Program-made: the position numbers and the translations under genes | Part shown: positions 15,637 to 25,119 of the stretch, one piece after another | Position numbering within the stretch: the stretch's first letter is position 1 | How the letters are laid out: every line of letters starts with the position of its first letter | The notes under the pieces: generated by a model | Database searches by the model: none | What the model saw: the letters and a program-made list of their open reading frames with translations, nothing else | Told to the model about the DNA's origin: nothing | Source of the DNA: a virus | Length of the DNA stretch: 46,787 bases | Reading direction: 5' to 3' (one strand) | Virus record (IMG/VR): IMGVR_UViG_3300009709_000007 | Coordinates: 1-46,787 of that record

Positions 15637-17127
15637 ATGAACACGATCCCTATTAGTCAAATCTCCCGGGTTGTACCGGGTGTCATCGCAGCGGGCGGTC
15701 AGGCGTCGCGCCTCACTGGTCTGCTGCTCTCGCAGGATGCTTCCGTTCCGCCCGGCCAGGGACTGGATTTCTTCGATGCGCCCACCATGACCAACTGGTT
15801 CGGTCCCTCGGCCCCTGAAGCCACGGCTGCGGCCAGCTACTTCCCGGGCATCAACAATGGCGGTCAGCTCCCGTTTGACCTGAAGGTCGTGCGTTACGCG
15901 CTCGCGGCGACGCCTGCGGGCTCGTACGGTGCGCCCGTGCCGTCCACGCTCTCGCAGCTTCAAGCGCTGTCCGGCACGCTGATCGTGACCACCAACGGCA
16001 CGCAGAAGACCTCCAGCACGATCAACCTCGCCACGGCCACGAGCTACGCCAATGCGGCGACGCTCATGACTGCGGGCTTCACGACGCCGGACTTCGCCAT
16101 CACCTGGGACGCCCAGCGTGGTCGATTCCTACTGCTGACGACCACTACCGGCATCGCGGCTACCTCGACCGACGTGTCGGGCACGCTTGCCGCGCCTGTC
16201 GGCCTGTCGGCGGCCTCTGGTGCTTACATCCAGCAGACGGGCGTCGCAGCCGATACGCCGGCTTCCGCTATGGCCCGTGCCGTGACCTTCTCGGACAACT
16301 GGGGTGCGTTCACCACCGCTTGGCAGGCAACGCTGGCCGATCGACTGGCCTTCCATGCATGGAACACCACGCAGAACTCGCAGTTTTGGTATGTGGGCTG
16401 GGACCAGGATGCCGCTTCGACGCAGGTCAACAACGCACTGTCGTTCGGTGCGCAGGCCTTCGCCTCGCAGGGTAACGGCACGATTCCCATCTATGGCGAC
16501 CTCGCCATTGCAGGCGGCGCGCTGGCCTATGCTGCGTCCCTGAACTTCAATGTGGCGAACGGCCGCACAACCCTCATGGGGCGTACTCTGTCGGCCTCCG
16601 TGGCGCCTAGCTGCACGGACCTGGCGACCGCTAACGCGCTGCTGTCAAACAACTACACGTACTACGGCGCCTACGCCAACGCCGCGAACAACTACCTGAT
16701 CTTCGAGGACGGCAAGACCTCCGGCCAGTTCCTGTGGGCCGATACCTACCTCGACCAGATTTACCTGAATCGTGAGCTTCAGCGCGCCGGCTTCGAGACG
16801 ATGCTGGCCTACAACTCGCTGCCCTACAACCAGGATGGTTACGACGCGTTCTACCGCGCCTGGGCCGACGTGGCCGAAGCGGCGAAGACCTCGGGCATCA
16901 TTCGCGCCGGCGTCACGCTGTCGGCGTCGCAGGTTGCTCAGGTCAACAACAAGGCCGGTCGCGACGTGGCGAGTGTTGTCAGCACCCGCGGCTGGTATCT
17001 GCTGATCACCGACGCAGCGAATGCGGCTCAGGCGCGCCAGAATCGCACGAGCCCGCAGGCGACGTTCTTCTACTGCGACGGCGGCTCGATCCAGCAGATT
17101 TCCCTCAACTCGATTGCCGTCATCTAA
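15637..17127 (+). CDS. Tail sheath-like protein (DUF3383-like)
   Basis: 496 aa, followed by a small tube-like gene. Size and order are typical of DUF3383/DUF3277 contractile-tail clusters (recall). Confidence 0.6.
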   Translation: MNTIPISQISRVVPGVIAAGGQASRLTGLLLSQDASVPPGQGLDFFDAPTMTNWFGPSAPEATAAASYFPGINNGGQLPFDLKVVRYALAATPAGSYGAPVPSTLSQLQALSGTLIVTTNGTQKTSSTINLATATSYANAATLMTAGFTTPDFAITWDAQRGRFLLLTTTTGIAATSTDVSGTLAAPVGLSAASGAYIQQTGVAADTPASAMARAVTFSDNWGAFTTAWQATLADRLAFHAWNTTQNSQFWYVGWDQDAASTQVNNALSFGAQAFASQGNGTIPIYGDLAIAGGALAYAASLNFNVANGRTTLMGRTLSASVAPSCTDLATANALLSNNYTYYGAYANAANNYLIFEDGKTSGQFLWADTYLDQIYLNRELQRAGFETMLAYNSLPYNQDGYDAFYRAWADVAEAAKTSGIIRAGVTLSASQVAQVNNKAGRDVASVVSTRGWYLLITDAANAAQARQNRTSPQATFFYCDGGSIQQISLNSIAVI

Positions 17128-17138
17128 GGAGAACGACA

Positions 17139-17570
17139 ATGGCCGGTACACTTACCGTTGCGAACTCTACCTTGACGCTCACGGTAGAGGCGCTTTTCCC
17201 CCAGGCTCAGCGCATTCAGGGTTACTCCGCGGACGACGCGTTTGACTTCGAGAACGTGGAGAACGGCGAATACTCCATGGGCATCGACGGCAACCTGTCG
17301 GCGGGCTTCGTGTTCAACGAAATCCCGTTCACGTGGACGCTCCAGGCCGATAGCCCATCGCTGGCGATGTTCGAGCAGATCTGGAACTACGAGGTCAGCA
17401 ACCGCACCAAGCTGCGCCTCGATGCCACCCTGTCGCTCGTGAGCAATGGCCGCCGCTACGACCTGGTGCAGGGCTACCTGCGCCAGTACAAGGCGCCCAG
17501 CGGCAAGAAGATTCTACAGCCGGCCGTCGTGTCGGGCGTCTTCTCCCGACTGGTGCCGTCGCCGCTGTAA
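17139..17570 (+). CDS. Tail tube protein (DUF3277-like)
   Basis: 143 aa with ggaga RBS. It directly follows the sheath-like gene and is the last gene before the module 1 terminator. Confidence 0.55.
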   Translation: MAGTLTVANSTLTLTVEALFPQAQRIQGYSADDAFDFENVENGEYSMGIDGNLSAGFVFNEIPFTWTLQADSPSLAMFEQIWNYEVSNRTKLRLDATLSLVSNGRRYDLVQGYLRQYKAPSGKKILQPAVVSGVFSRLVPSPL

Positions 17571-17598
17571 CGCTCGGACCTACAAGCTGCACAAAGAG

Positions 17599-17626
17599 AA
17601 ACCCCGCCAATTGGCGGGGTTTGTCG
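17599..17626. terminator. Bidirectional rho-independent terminator between convergent modules 1 and 2
   Basis: Stem aaaccccgcc, loop aatt, stem ggcggggttt, with T-rich tails on both strands. Confidence 0.8.
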
Positions 17627-17884
17627 TTAGGGTCGAATCTCCGTCTTGTCGCGGAGCAGCCACAGGGCTAGTCGCTCCCGCCAAGTCAAACGTCGCCAGC
17701 CAGGTTGTCCGGCCGCACCAATCACCATGTGGCGACCTTCGCGCTTGATGATGACCTGGCCCTTGGAGATTAGCGTCGCCGCCTCGTGCAGCTGCTGCTT
17801 CAAGATGCCTTGGTCGCTGTGGTAGCGCAGACTGGCTGCGTAGTTACGCAGCCAGTCCACCAGTTCCCGCGCGTTGCGGTCCAC
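17627..17884 (-). CDS. Hypothetical protein
   Basis: 85-aa ORF, last gene of the replication module. Confidence 0.5.
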   Translation of the reverse strand: MDRNARELVDWLRNYAASLRYHSDQGILKQQLHEAATLISKGQVIIKREGRHMVIGAAGQPGWRRLTWRERLALWLLRDKTEIRP

Positions 17885-17886
17885 GA

Positions 17887-18654
17887 TCAGGACGCCATCA
17901 GGTGCGCGATGGCCGCGCGGTGCAGTTTTACCTGCTCATCGCTGTAGGTCTGGATGGCGCTTTCCAAGCCGAGACCCTTGATGGTCGCCAGGTACTTACC
18001 ATAGCCGTGCTTGGAGATTGCCTCGCGGCCTTCCTTCAGGTGCGCGGTGCGGTCAGCTTCAAACAGCTCGGCCTGGGCCTTCAGCGACTCAACCAGCTCG
18101 GCAGGGTAGTCGCCGGCCGTCGCGGCCGGCTCGACCGGGTTGCTAGCTTCGGATTCGACCACTTTGACATCCGAAGCTTCTAGCTGCGGCACAAAACCTA
18201 CGGGCAACTCCCCAGCTTCCGGTTCCGGCGCTTCGAGAACCGTGCCATCCGTATCCTGACGAGCCGCTTCGGCAACTTCATCCGCGGCGATTTCGGCCTT
18301 GGTACGGCACTTGCGTTTGGTCTTCGGCGCTTCAGCGTCCGGGTCGGCATCGGGAAGGTCGATGCGCTCATGCACGACGTCCTGGACTTCCGGATGGCGC
18401 TCGGGGTTGCCCTTGTTCGCGCCCGCAACCAGTTCTTCTTCCGTCAGACCCGTATCGGCCCTGACGCAGTTCAGCACTTCGCGCGGGAGCCGGTCAAACG
18501 CTTCACCGGGTTTAAGTTCAACGGCCAGCTCGCCGATCACCGTAGGCGACGCCTTCAGCTCGAGGCGTTGACCGGCGAGTTGGGCCTGCCGGCCCAGCAG
18601 ATAGAGGTAAGCAAAATCGGCAAAACGACCTTCATCATCAAATGCGACGTGCAT
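17887..18654 (-). CDS. Hypothetical acidic protein
   Basis: 255 aa with a strongly acidic central region (DLPDADPDAEAP, EAPEPEAGE). Confidence 0.6.
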   Translation of the reverse strand: MHVAFDDEGRFADFAYLYLLGRQAQLAGQRLELKASPTVIGELAVELKPGEAFDRLPREVLNCVRADTGLTEEELVAGANKGNPERHPEVQDVVHERIDLPDADPDAEAPKTKRKCRTKAEIAADEVAEAARQDTDGTVLEAPEPEAGELPVGFVPQLEASDVKVVESEASNPVEPAATAGDYPAELVESLKAQAELFEADRTAHLKEGREAISKHGYGKYLATIKGLGLESAIQTYSDEQVKLHRAAIAHLMAS

Positions 18655-18671
18655 GGGTAGCTCCAGGTGGG

Positions 18672-18941
18672 TTAGGCGACCGCGACGCGGTTAGCATCAC
18701 GATTGCGGAGGGCAACGAGCTTGCTGCGGCACTCAGTTTCGTTGGCTCGCACCGCATCAATCAAACGCATCAACCGGGCGCGGCCGATGATCGACTTGTT
18801 GCGGGAGGTGTAGAGCGAGCGCCGGGTGGAATTCAGGAGCTTGACGGACGCGTCCACGCCCAGGGCGTCGGTCAGGTCGCGCACCGTCCACTGCTCGATC
18901 GGCAGGGTGAAGTAGTCGCCAGGGGCGTGTTTCGGGCTCAT
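18672..18941 (-). CDS. Hypothetical protein, possible HTH DNA-binding protein
   Basis: I chose ATG 18941 (MSPKHAPGDY). The segment TVRDLTDALGVDASVKLLNSTRRSLY looks like a helix-turn-helix. No search was possible. Confidence 0.4.
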   Translation of the reverse strand: MSPKHAPGDYFTLPIEQWTVRDLTDALGVDASVKLLNSTRRSLYTSRNKSIIGRARLMRLIDAVRANETECRSKLVALRNRDANRVAVA

Positions 18942-18976
18942 ATCGTCAACTCGTGTAAAGGTAAGTGGAGCGTAAC

Positions 18977-19255
18977 TCAATTATTGGCTTTGTTCAATCT
19001 TTCGCACAGTTCCTCGCCGAGCGTGGCGTAGCCGGCGATGTCGTGCCAATTGTCGGCGTAGAGCGGGTCGCCGTTGATGATGCGGGACACCTTGTCCATG
19101 ATGATGTCCAAGGCCTGTTGGTGGCCTGCGGCAAGGGCTGCATGGCTCGGGTGGTTGCGCAGACAGCGCTTCAGTCCAGATGCGAGGATCGAGCCTAGTT
19201 CGAAATCGCCGTAACGCTCTCCGCGCTGCTTGAGGGTGTTCTGTACATCGTCCAT
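18977..19255 (-). CDS. Hypothetical protein (DUF6378-like by recall)
   Basis: 92 aa. RGERYGDF...MDKVSRI...D.W.DIAGYA resembles a common small phage family found next to replication genes. Confidence 0.5.
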   Translation of the reverse strand: MDDVQNTLKQRGERYGDFELGSILASGLKRCLRNHPSHAALAAGHQQALDIIMDKVSRIINGDPLYADNWHDIAGYATLGEELCERLNKANN

Positions 19256-19295
19256 TTCTTCAATCCTTTCAATAGGTTGTTATGTGAGTAGGAAA

Positions 19296-21260
19296 CTACT
19301 TGCGCCACCGGAATGAGATGTGCCCTTCGGCCTCTAGCGGCAAGCCGGGTGCCCAGCTGGTACCGCGTTTCATGCGGTTGAGGAATTGGCCCAGGCGTTC
19401 TTCGGCTCGGGCGGCTGGAACGTCCAGCAGGGCCTCGTCGTAGACCGAATGCACGACCTGCTCGACGCGCTCGGCGTCCAGCAGCACCTCCCAGAAATAG
19501 TCGCGGGCCAGACCCTGGGTCATGTTGTTGGACAGGATCTTCCGGTCCAAAGTCTCGATGTACCCCTCGGGCTTGTCGTAGATCGCTAGCGGAGCGCTGG
19601 AGCCGGGCTCCAGGTGCAGGCGTGCGTTGTGGTAACTGATCGCGCGCCCGGACGGCAGATGCATGCGCAGCGCGCGGTGATCGCGCACAAAGGTGACGTG
19701 GCTGCACTCGCCGCGGCCTACAGGCACCTTCACTTCCTTGCCCGGCTGGTCCAGCGCGATCAGCACGGCGTACTCAAGCATCGACCACCAGCGCTCGAAC
19801 GCCGGTCGCGCCTCGCGCCACTTCCACACGATGTCCGAGACCTGCTCGGGCGGCAAGTGCACGCCATAGTTCGCGGCCATGTTGCCGAACGCTCCATCGC
19901 CGCCGCCGAAGCCCAGAGACAGGTCAGCCACCTTGCCCACCTGGCGCATGTCCTTGGTCACGTCCTCGTAGGCTACGCCGTAGATCGACATAGCGGCCTT
20001 CTTGTAGCCATCCACGCCGTTCTCGAAGTCGTGCAGCTTTTCCTCGTCGTTAGCGAGCCATGCGGCCATACGCGCTTCAATGCCCGACAGGTCGGCCTGC
20101 ACGAGCAGGTTACCTTCGGAGGCCGTCACCAGCGAACGCTGGGCGTCGGCCAGCGCCGCTAGTACGGGGCCGTGCTCGGGCTCGGACAGGTAGGCATAGT
20201 CGCGCCGCTTGGCCGCTTCCAGATAGGACTCGCACAGCTCGGAGGTCTTGCCCGGCCGTGGCCTGGCGAAGTTGAGTGCCTGCAAGCCGCCAGCGCCGCG
20301 CGCGGTGGAGCGGCCGGACAGCGCGCCATGGTAGACGGTGGTGTGCTGCATACGACCGCCCGTATGGGCGCGCAGGACGGCGATCGACTTCTTCGGCGCA
20401 CGGGAGGCGTCCAGGCGCAGCGTGAGAACGTCACGCAGGTGCTGCGGCAGGTCGTCGCGCGCGGTGAGCGTCTTCAGCGTCTCGCGCCCAGCGTCGTCCA
20501 GTTCCTCGCCGTGCGTCGCCGCGTAGGTCTTGATCTTCGCCACCTCGGATGCGGCGAGCACGCCACCTTCAGTCAGCACGGCTAGCTCGTAGTCCAGCGC
20601 CGCGTTGGCGTAGTCCTTGACCTCCTCCATGGCCGTCGCGCCCTCGACGTCCACCGCGAAGCCGCGGTGGTTGATCACCATGTCCAGCTCGAAGTAGCGC
20701 TGCTCCTGCGCCGGCAGTGGCACCGTGGCGTTCCACAGGCCGAACATGGCGTTGGTGTCGATCAGGGCGTACTTGTACAGCCGGGCGTGCTCGGCCGGAT
20801 GCGTGGCAGGCGTGAACTCCGGGTTGGTCGCCAGCAGCATCATGTTGGCCTTGCCGTCCACGTCTTTCTGGACTTCCAGTTCCATCGCTTCGCAGGCGTC
20901 GGCCAAGGAACCCGGCAGGCCGTTGTAGCGCGCCCGGGCCGCCGAGCAACGCACCTGGCTCACCTGCAACTCGGGCAACGTCTCGTAGCCGGCCATGCGG
21001 CGCAGCACGATGTTCCAGATGTGGAAGTCGAACGGGGCGTTGTGGGCCACGAACGGCAGGCACGCCGTCATATGCTGCACGATGCGCGGCGACATCGGCT
21101 GACCGATTTCCCACAGCTCCGCCGCCGGCATGTCCGGGAACCTCCACGTCATGCACTTAACGATCGTGGACGGGTCGGCCAGATAACGGCCGAGCCCGTT
21201 CGCGCCCAGGTCTTCGTGTGAGGCGGTTTCAAAGTCTAAAAACAGCAGATGGTCAGTCAT
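19296..21260 (-). CDS. DNA polymerase, family A, with N-terminal 3'-5' exonuclease domain
   Basis: Exo I LFLDFETAS. Motif A DLSGIEARMAAW. Motif B RQVGKVADLSLGFGGG. Motif C-like SVYDEALL. 654 aa. Confidence 0.93.
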   Translation of the reverse strand: MTDHLLFLDFETASHEDLGANGLGRYLADPSTIVKCMTWRFPDMPAAELWEIGQPMSPRIVQHMTACLPFVAHNAPFDFHIWNIVLRRMAGYETLPELQVSQVRCSAARARYNGLPGSLADACEAMELEVQKDVDGKANMMLLATNPEFTPATHPAEHARLYKYALIDTNAMFGLWNATVPLPAQEQRYFELDMVINHRGFAVDVEGATAMEEVKDYANAALDYELAVLTEGGVLAASEVAKIKTYAATHGEELDDAGRETLKTLTARDDLPQHLRDVLTLRLDASRAPKKSIAVLRAHTGGRMQHTTVYHGALSGRSTARGAGGLQALNFARPRPGKTSELCESYLEAAKRRDYAYLSEPEHGPVLAALADAQRSLVTASEGNLLVQADLSGIEARMAAWLANDEEKLHDFENGVDGYKKAAMSIYGVAYEDVTKDMRQVGKVADLSLGFGGGDGAFGNMAANYGVHLPPEQVSDIVWKWREARPAFERWWSMLEYAVLIALDQPGKEVKVPVGRGECSHVTFVRDHRALRMHLPSGRAISYHNARLHLEPGSSAPLAIYDKPEGYIETLDRKILSNNMTQGLARDYFWEVLLDAERVEQVVHSVYDEALLDVPAARAEERLGQFLNRMKRGTSWAPGLPLEAEGHISFRWRK

Positions 21261-21445
21261 TGGTCAATAGTACCCACATCGGCAGCGATAGCGCCAGCGA
21301 TCCACGCATCGAACAACAGCTTGCGCTGCGGCGCGGGCACGGTGGTAATTGCCATGCCGGCAATCTCCACCGTGATGCGATCGAATATTCGTAGCATCTC
21401 CCGGTAGCGCATGCCGTCCTGCTCCAGTTCGGTCAACTCGCTCAC
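21257..21445 (-). CDS. Hypothetical small protein
   Basis: 62 aa with a GTG start. Both of its ends overlap the neighbouring genes by 4 nt (GTGA upstream, ATGA downstream). Confidence 0.5.
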   Translation of the reverse strand: MSELTELEQDGMRYREMLRIFDRITVEIAGMAITTVPAPQRKLLFDAWIAGAIAADVGTIDQ

Positions 21446-21522
21446 GCGCCACCATCCTTACGCATCGCCTGCATGAAGACGCCCACCAGTTCGGACGGGT
21501 TGAGCTGGCGCAGCATGATCAT
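21442..21522 (-). CDS. Possible 26-aa micro-ORF linking coupled genes
   Basis: MIMLRQLNPSELVGVFMQAMRKDGGA. ATGA overlap with the upstream stop and GTGA overlap with the downstream start. Too short to verify from sequence alone. Confidence 0.25.
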   Translation of the reverse strand: MIMLRQLNPSELVGVFMQAMRKDGGA

Positions 21523-21809
21523 GCCCCACCATCCTTGCCAGCATTGACATGGCCCTTTGCCATCAACGCACCGAACGCGCTGGCCGTCTGGTCCAGATTC
21601 GGCCGAAACAGCACGTACTGTGCGGCATGCAGGGCGCGATCGGCCCACACAATTTCCGGGTAACGTGCGCAAGCCAACTCCATCGCCGCGACGGCGATAT
21701 GGTCGCTGCGCTCGCAGACCGGGGCGCCGGGCAGTGGCATGCCGGTCGCGTCGCACTCGGTGAACGACACTGTGGCGCGGATGTAACGACGATCAATAGG
21801 TTGGGTCAT
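21519..21809 (-). CDS. Hypothetical protein
   Basis: 96 aa from ATG 21809 (MTQPIDRRY). It overlaps the helicase 3' end by 17 nt. Confidence 0.5.
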   Translation of the reverse strand: MTQPIDRRYIRATVSFTECDATGMPLPGAPVCERSDHIAVAAMELACARYPEIVWADRALHAAQYVLFRPNLDQTASAFGALMAKGHVNAGKDGGA

Positions 21810-23628
21810 AGCGGAAACTCCGTAGGGTGCCTTCATGAAGGAAGCGTACTTCGGTCAGAAATACACGGCCATCTTCGTATTTGGTAAGCGTAATGTCAAT
21901 GGGCTGCGGGATCAGCTCGCGCTGGAGAATCACGCGGTAGGCCTCGGTCGGCACCTTGCGCCCGGTGGCCGCTTCGAAGAACTTGCGCGCCTGGGCGTAG
22001 AAGCGGTTGTCCGCCGTGGTGCGATCAAAGTCCAGCCGTAGCGGGTGGATACCCGCGTCGGTCTCGTACTCGAATAGCAGCACGCTGTTGGCGGACGGCG
22101 TGACGCGCATGCCGCGCACTTCGAGCGTGCGAGTCTCCCGGCATAGCTCGTCGCGCAGGACCACCGCATCCTCGTCGTGCAGCTCGTAGCTGTCGCTGTC
22201 ACCCAAGATGCTAGGTTCGGTAGGTCCGCGACGGACACGGGTCGCCATGAAGCCCTGGCGTGGCCGGCCGCACTGCCTACAGGTCAAATGCTCGGCGTCG
22301 TTGAGATAACCGCAGGGCGGCGTGTCGGGCTCCATGAGACCCAGCACCAGCCGCAGGTCCGTTTCGGGCTGGCCCGGGTTGTTGACCGGGAACCGAATGG
22401 CCGACTTCTCGCGCAGCGACGTGCTGACCGTCTTGCGCCCGGCCTCGATCGGCGCGGTGACGTGCTCGTCGGAGCAGGCCCACAGGCCCGCGCGTGAGTC
22501 ACCCACGTCCACCGGCGCGTTGATCGGTCCGTGGCGCGTGAAGTTCCCGCCGGCGTCCAGCACCAGGCAATTCTCCTTGCCCGGGTAGACCCGGAAGCCA
22601 CGACCGACGATCTGGCGGAACAGCGGCAGGGATTTGGTAGGGCGCAGGATGACCAAGCAGTCCACGAACTTCGCGTTGAAGCCCGTCGTCAACATAGCGA
22701 CGCTGACCACATGCCGGTGCTGCTTAGACAGGTAGGCGTCGATGCCCTCGACGCGCTCACCCTTCTCCAGGTCGCCATGGATCAGCACCGCCGACTCGCC
22801 GCGGTCGATCAGCGCCTTGTGGATCATCCGGGCGTGCTCGACGTTGACCGCGAACCACATGAAGTGCTTGCGGTCGGGCGTGTGCTCCAGCGCGATGGCG
22901 ACGCACTGCTGCGTGACCTCCATGGCCCGCCGGGCGAGTTCGGCCTCGTCGAAGTCCCCGCCCTTGGTCTTGACGCCCTCGGTGTCGATCTGCGGGAACC
23001 GGATGGTGGGGGCGACGATCGGGGCGATGACGCCCTCGCGCACCAGCCGGTTGAATTTCCTCCCGCTGGTCAGGTCGTACACGCGCGTGTCGAACAGGCC
23101 GCACTGCGTCAGCGGCACCACCTTGGCGCCCTTCATCCGGTAATCGGTGGCAGTCAGGCCGATGAACAGCACCTTGGGGTTGTTCGCGCGCAGGCCGTCC
23201 ACGATGGACTTGCCGGTCTTGGTCGACACGTCGAAGGTGTGCGCCTCGTCCACCACCACGAAGTCGATGCGCCCAAAGCGCGCGACCTGCCGCGCGACCG
23301 ACTGCGGCGAGCCGTAGATGATCTGCGACTGCCGGTCCTTCATCTTGAGGCCGGCGCAGTACACGCCCAGGCGCGACACCAGGCCCGGCGCCCAGAATCC
23401 CGTGGCCTCCTCGACGTTCTGCGCCACCAGCTCCATCGAGGGCGCCAGCACCATGATGCGGGCCTTGGGCCAGTGCTGGAGGATGTTCTCGACCAGCATG
23501 GCCGCGATCAGCGCCTTGCCGCCGCCGGTGACGATCGCCGCGATGGGGTTGACGTTCGAGGCGGCGATCAGCGTAGAGACGACAGCCGCGTCGGCCTCCC
23601 GCTGATACCAGTAGGGGGTGAGGCGCAT
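21793..23628 (-). CDS. SF2 DEAD/DEAH-box DNA helicase
   Basis: Walker A TGGGKALIA, DEAH box VVDEAHTF, and helicase C-domain motifs (VAMLTTGFNA, QIVGRGFR). A CRQCGRP zinc-ribbon-like segment is present. Start trimmed to ATG 23628, which has an aaggaa RBS. Confidence 0.9.
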   Translation of the reverse strand: MRLTPYWYQREADAAVVSTLIAASNVNPIAAIVTGGGKALIAAMLVENILQHWPKARIMVLAPSMELVAQNVEEATGFWAPGLVSRLGVYCAGLKMKDRQSQIIYGSPQSVARQVARFGRIDFVVVDEAHTFDVSTKTGKSIVDGLRANNPKVLFIGLTATDYRMKGAKVVPLTQCGLFDTRVYDLTSGRKFNRLVREGVIAPIVAPTIRFPQIDTEGVKTKGGDFDEAELARRAMEVTQQCVAIALEHTPDRKHFMWFAVNVEHARMIHKALIDRGESAVLIHGDLEKGERVEGIDAYLSKQHRHVVSVAMLTTGFNAKFVDCLVILRPTKSLPLFRQIVGRGFRVYPGKENCLVLDAGGNFTRHGPINAPVDVGDSRAGLWACSDEHVTAPIEAGRKTVSTSLREKSAIRFPVNNPGQPETDLRLVLGLMEPDTPPCGYLNDAEHLTCRQCGRPRQGFMATRVRRGPTEPSILGDSDSYELHDEDAVVLRDELCRETRTLEVRGMRVTPSANSVLLFEYETDAGIHPLRLDFDRTTADNRFYAQARKFFEAATGRKVPTEAYRVILQRELIPQPIDITLTKYEDGRVFLTEVRFLHEGTLRSFRYDPTY

Positions 23629-23643
23629 GTGGGTTCCTTTGTA

Positions 23644-23678
23644 AGCAAAAACGCTATGGCATGTTACTGCCATAGCGT
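23644..23678 (-). terminator. Intra-operon hairpin/terminator between the methyltransferase and helicase genes
   Basis: The 11-bp stem acgctatggca / tgccatagcgt has a 6-nt loop. On the minus strand it is followed by ttttgctt. Confidence 0.6.
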
Positions 23679-23689
23679 CGGATTTGCAA

Positions 23690-24643
23690 TTAGCGCATGC
23701 GCAGTTTGGCGGCGATGGAAGCGACCCGCTCAGGTACCAGCGCGGCGTATTCCGGATTCAGCTCGCACAGGATCGCATCACGTCCGTGAGCCAGCGCAAC
23801 GCCTGCGGTTGTGCCGCTGCCGCCGAACGGGTCCAAAACAATGTCACCCGGTTCGCTGCCGGCCAGGATGCAAGGCTCGATCAGATCGGGCGGGAACGTC
23901 GCGAAGTGTGCGCCCTTGTAGGGACGTGTCGCGACGCTCCAAACGGAGCGCCTGTTCCGCGTGTCGTGGTAAGCAACTTCAGCACGGTCAACACGATGCT
24001 GAACGGGTTTGCCGGGCGGTGGTGTGGTCTGCGTAACGCGCGCAAAGCTATGCGAATTTCCTCTAGGCGAGCTCACCGCAGGTTCTTTGATGGCTTCGTG
24101 GTCGAAGTAGTACCGCTCTGACTTCGACAGCAGGAATACATACTCGTGCGCCTTAGTGCAGCGGTCGGTCACGCTTTCGGGCATCGGGTTCGGCTTGTTC
24201 CAGATGATGTCCTGGCGCAGGTACCAACCGTCGGCGCGCAGTGCGAAGGCCAGCATCCACGGAATGCCAATCAGGTCTTTGTGCTTCAGCCCTTCGAGTC
24301 GTCCAGTAGCCTTTCGCCCGACGCTGCGGTTGCTTTTCGCTTGGTTAGCTTGACCGCCCCCGAGTGTGGAACCGCCTAGGCCGCCACTCGCACCGCTGTT
24401 GTAACTATCCCCGATGTTGAGCCATAGCGTGCCGTCGTCGGTCAGCATGTCGCGCACGCAGCGGAAAACCTCGACCATGTTGGCAACGTACTCCTCGGGC
24501 GTCTGTTCCAGCCCCAGCTGGCCCTCGTGCCCATAGTCCCGCAGGCCAAAGTAAGGCGGGCTGGTGACGCATGTCCTAGCCTTGTAGCCAAGCCCAGAAA
24601 GGGCTCGCATGATGTCTCGGCAGTCGCCGACGTGGGTTTGCAT
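23690..24643 (-). CDS. DNA methyltransferase (N6-adenine/N4-cytosine type, beta-class motif order)
   Basis: Motif IV CVTSPPYFG lies upstream of motif I DIVLDPFGGSGTTAGVA. Start trimmed to ATG 24643 (MQTHVGDC). No cognate restriction gene is visible. Confidence 0.88.
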   Translation of the reverse strand: MQTHVGDCRDIMRALSGLGYKARTCVTSPPYFGLRDYGHEGQLGLEQTPEEYVANMVEVFRCVRDMLTDDGTLWLNIGDSYNSGASGGLGGSTLGGGQANQAKSNRSVGRKATGRLEGLKHKDLIGIPWMLAFALRADGWYLRQDIIWNKPNPMPESVTDRCTKAHEYVFLLSKSERYYFDHEAIKEPAVSSPRGNSHSFARVTQTTPPPGKPVQHRVDRAEVAYHDTRNRRSVWSVATRPYKGAHFATFPPDLIEPCILAGSEPGDIVLDPFGGSGTTAGVALAHGRDAILCELNPEYAALVPERVASIAAKLRMR

Positions 24644-24648
24644 GTGGG

Positions 24649-24927
24649 TCACGCGTATCGCTCCCGGTCCTGTAGCATCTCCGGCGTCAGCGCCGGATTG
24701 TGATCGCACCACTTCGACCCGGGCCGATGTGGGAAGGAATAACCGTAGCAGTTGCAGGGCCGCTGCTGGCGCTCGTGCGCGAGTCGCCAAGCGTCGATGC
24801 GCAGGCGACTGCCACACCGCTTGCACTTGGGCTCACGGACGTACTCGTGCACCGCCCGGTTCAGCCGCTGGCGCTGCTTGCAGCACTCACGGGTGCAACG
24901 CGCCGGCCAAGGCATCAAAGCTGCCAA
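24649..24927 (-). CDS. Cys-rich (zinc-finger-like) small protein
   Basis: Contains CTRECC, CKRCGS, CNC and HRPGSKWCDH clusters. The start is either TTG 24927 or ATG 24915. Confidence 0.5.
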   Translation of the reverse strand: MAALMPWPARCTRECCKQRQRLNRAVHEYVREPKCKRCGSRLRIDAWRLAHERQQRPCNCYGYSFPHRPGSKWCDHNPALTPEMLQDRERYA

Positions 24928-25119
24928 TTAGCCATGGCCGAGCACCCAGCGGACGAAGTGCGAGGCCAGCGGCAGTATGAAGGCCGTCGCCGCAGCGACG
25001 ACGACCACCCAGCACACACCGGCGCAGGCCAGCAACCACAGCGGGACCGGCTCAGGTTCGGGCGTGTATCCGCGGCCCTGCGGGAACTTGAAATCGGGGT
25101 GGCGATCGCGGTGGTTCAT
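24928..25119 (-). CDS. Small membrane protein
   Basis: 63 aa with a hydrophobic segment LWLLACAGVCWVVVVAAATAFILPL. ATGA-type coupling with the upstream gene. Confidence 0.5.
   Translation of the reverse strand: MNHRDRHPDFKFPQGRGYTPEPEPVPLWLLACAGVCWVVVVAAATAFILPLASHFVRWVLGHG

Noticed and set aside
22531-24036. 501-aa plus-strand ORF opposite the helicase and methyltransferase genes
   Set aside because: It is an antisense high-GC artefact. It spans an intergenic terminator and two genes on the other strand that carry clear catalytic motifs.
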